Below are positions 11,932-13,753 of a DNA stretch of 13,753 nucleotides, in pieces (the stretch's first letter is position 1; every line of letters begins with the position of its first letter). The notes beneath the pieces are model-generated. The model made no database searches and was not told where the DNA came from. It saw only the letters and a program-made list of their open reading frames with translations. The position numbers were made by a program, and so were the translations under genes. Origin of the DNA: an uncultured Methanosarcinales archaeon (lineage in GTDB: Archaea; Nanobdellota; Nanobdellia; Woesearchaeales; UBA11576); NCBI GenBank assembly GCA_964572875.1, contig CAZNGE010000024.1, positions 4,417-18,169 on the forward strand. Direction: 5' to 3'.

Positions 11932-12930
11932 ATGAAAAACCAGATATTCGTGCCGACAGTCGCAGAGTTCTCTGATGATATACACACCAGTCTTGAGCTG
12001 CAGGAACCGCTGGTTGGGGCAGGATACACACCAGGGCTCATGCTTGTCATCAGGAACGGCAGGAAAGGCGTGACCCTGGATTCTGTAGTGCAGAAGCAGA
12101 AATCGAACCTGGAACGGGTCACTGATTACAACGGCCCTATAATCACCATGCTCTCAAACATACCCATTGAAGAGATTGATTTCCTGCATAATCCTGAATA
12201 TGCTACTGAACATGTCAAGAGAGGGATAGACTTCACAAGGACGCTGCTGATGGGCGACAGGAGAATAGTTACGTTCCATCTGAACTCATTGGTGACTGCA
12301 GAAGAATTCTGCCGGAAAGACCGGGCGGAATGGATGGAAGATTTCAAGTGGATTGTCCAGCCCGCACTTCAGGATGTCGCAAGATACGCAAAAACAAACG
12401 GGGTGGAGGTCAAGGTCGAGACAGTTCCTGTCCCTGAATTCGGGGACATACCTTCTGATGATGAAAGATCATATAGAGGAGTGAAGTGGAACGAGCTAAG
12501 GAACCCATTCTACCTTACAGCACACTGGGGCTTCAAGCAGGTACGTGATGCAGGACTCGGCATCTGCCTGGACCTATGCCATAGCAAGACAATCTATGAC
12601 ATCGCAAGGCTCGGCGACCATGACAATGTGCTGCACAGGGAAGACAGGGATGCACTGTCGGAGAGGCAGCTCTTTGAAGACGTCAGGGCAATCAGGGAAG
12701 GTGATATCGCGCACGTAAATGACGGCGCAGGAACATTCTCGACACAGCACCAGACAGTCCATAAGGAAGACCTTGCCCTTGGAGCGGGCGAGATAGTTGA
12801 CCTGCCCGACATCATAAGATATATGGACCAGAACAAGATAGCCTATGTCCTCGAGATCGGCGAGACAGACTTCAAGAACAGGCCCAATATGAAACAGTCA
12901 GTGGATTATGTACTTTCTAATTGTGCTTGA
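11932..12930 (+). CDS. Xylose-isomerase-like TIM-barrel protein with endonuclease-IV-like metal-ligand pattern (332 aa)
   Basis: The motifs appear in the order of the AP_endonuc_2 superfamily: VTFHLNS, VKVETVP, GICLDLCHS, IAHVNDGAGTFS...HKEDLALGAGEI, YVLEIGE. The H-x-N-D segment resembles Nfo as I recall it. Confidence 0.7.
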   Translation: MKNQIFVPTVAEFSDDIHTSLELQEPLVGAGYTPGLMLVIRNGRKGVTLDSVVQKQKSNLERVTDYNGPIITMLSNIPIEEIDFLHNPEYATEHVKRGIDFTRTLLMGDRRIVTFHLNSLVTAEEFCRKDRAEWMEDFKWIVQPALQDVARYAKTNGVEVKVETVPVPEFGDIPSDDERSYRGVKWNELRNPFYLTAHWGFKQVRDAGLGICLDLCHSKTIYDIARLGDHDNVLHREDRDALSERQLFEDVRAIREGDIAHVNDGAGTFSTQHQTVHKEDLALGAGEIVDLPDIIRYMDQNKIAYVLEIGETDFKNRPNMKQSVDYVLSNCA

Positions 12931-12937
12931 TTAATCT

Positions 12938-13753
12938 TCATTCTTTTACGTCCAACCCGCCACTCGGCAGGACCTTTATTATCTCGTCCAGTTCCCCGCC
13001 GAACCTCTTCTTTATCAGCTTTGCGAGCTCAGATGATTTCTTCTTTCCCTGTATGAGTTCTATGTATTCCTTGCAGTGCTGTCTCACTGCAGATGTAGGG
13101 GCGCACATTATCCTGCCGTCATCGAGAGCGCCGACTGCGCAGTTGGGAGTGACGTGTATATAATTAGTCTTGCCCCGTATCATGAACGCGCCTTTCGGCA
13201 CATACTCACCGGGATTCGCCTCTTTCGTGACCTGATCAGGGCTTACGTAGAATGTAGGTGTGGTGCCGAGACCCATCTTCCATGCCCTCGAGAAGCAGAG
13301 CGTGGCGTCAGCAGCCTCCTGCAATGTCTGCTCTCCAGGCTCTTTTCCCTCTGTCTTTATGACAAAGAAAGGCGAGCCTGACATGTCTGTGTGGAACACG
13401 ATGTCATGCTTATCAGTGTGCTTCTTGATGACTATCTCATTAGTGGTCGCGTCCCTTCCTCCTATGACAAGGAAGCCTTCGCTCGACAGGAACCACCTGA
13501 ACTTCTCATACCACTCAGGCTTGCGCCTCTTCTTCTCTTCTGCCTTCTTCTGCGCGGTCTCTATCTTCTCGAGGCTCTCTTCCTTGCTCTTGTTCTCCTC
13601 CTCGAGCTTCTGGAGCGATATCGTGAGGGCTTTCCTCGCGCCTTCCAGCTTCTTCCTTGCCTGCTTGCCCTTCTCGAAGTAGGTCTGCGCGTTCTGCTCT
13701 ACAGAGAGCTTAGGGTTGAGAGTTATCTTCATGAGGAGAAGGAAGGGGGAGAG
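12938..13753 (-). CDS. NFACT family (RqcH/NEMF/Tae2-like) ribosome quality-control protein, C-terminal part (coiled-coil end, NFACT-R/DUF814, NFACT-C); 5' end probably outside the window
   Basis: ITLNPKLSVEQNAQTYFEKGKQARKK matches the conserved I.LNP..S..NAQ.YF.KY.K.K segment. WFLSSEGFLVIGGRDATTNEIVIKKH...IVFHTDMSGSPFFVIK matches NFACT-R. The frame stays open from the first Met (13732) to the window edge. In full-length homologs as I recall them (B. subtilis RqcH), the NAQ motif lies about two thirds into the protein. Confidence 0.75.
   Translation of the reverse strand, partial: LSPFLLLMKITLNPKLSVEQNAQTYFEKGKQARKKLEGARKALTISLQKLEEENKSKEESLEKIETAQKKAEEKKRRKPEWYEKFRWFLSSEGFLVIGGRDATTNEIVIKKHTDKHDIVFHTDMSGSPFFVIKTEGKEPGEQTLQEAADATLCFSRAWKMGLGTTPTFYVSPDQVTKEANPGEYVPKGAFMIRGKTNYIHVTPNCAVGALDDGRIMCAPTSAVRQHCKEYIELIQGKKKSSELAKLIKKRFGGELDEIIKVLPSGGLDVKE

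Noticed and set aside
1-13753. Search by eye for tRNA/rRNA genes, CRISPR repeat-spacer arrays, IS elements/terminal inverted repeats, integrase or transposase genes
   Set aside because: None found. Non-coding stretches are short except 11542-11931, which lacks tRNA T-loop or anticodon-arm features and has no regularly spaced repeats of CRISPR type.

Overview
The window looks like a compact archaeal chromosome segment, mid-range GC by eye. Supporting signs are TTTATAAA-type BRE/TATA boxes about 25 nt upstream of start codons, one apparently leaderless gene, GGAGG-type ribosome-binding sites inside operons, heavy AGG/AGA/ATA codon use, standard stop codons, and an archaeal/eukaryotic-type NFACT protein. 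I support 13 protein-coding genes and found no rRNA, tRNA, CRISPR array or mobile element. The recognisable genes are a small SAM-dependent methyltransferase, a YhbY/CRM RNA-binding protein and a CPA2 (Kef-type) cation/proton antiporter with an RCK domain. There is also a 52-aa AbrB/SpoVT regulator missing from the ORF track, an endonuclease-IV-like TIM-barrel protein, and the C-terminal two thirds of an NFACT/RqcH ribosome quality-control factor that runs off the window edge. The most interesting part is a tightly packed five-gene minus-strand operon (9166 down to 3419) with its own TATA box and terminator. It encodes two orphan proteins (488 aa and 184 aa, translationally coupled), then a paralogous pair of fused nucleotidyltransferase-HEPN proteins, one with an intact Pol-beta active site and one degenerate. 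The pair brackets a very large xylose-isomerase/endonuclease-IV-fold TIM-barrel protein carrying an insertion of a few hundred residues. I cannot assign this gene combination to any known pathway or defence system, so it is my candidate for an undescribed system. Function is inference only. Secondary observations are an unusually long structured non-coding spacer (11542-11931) with nested inverted repeats, a mini-ORF behind a strong SD and 13-bp direct repeats. Others are a near-identical 17-nt promoter module used twice, an all-GC hairpin in the antiporter leader, and a protein of about 10% methionine next to a 650-aa acidic coiled-coil protein.
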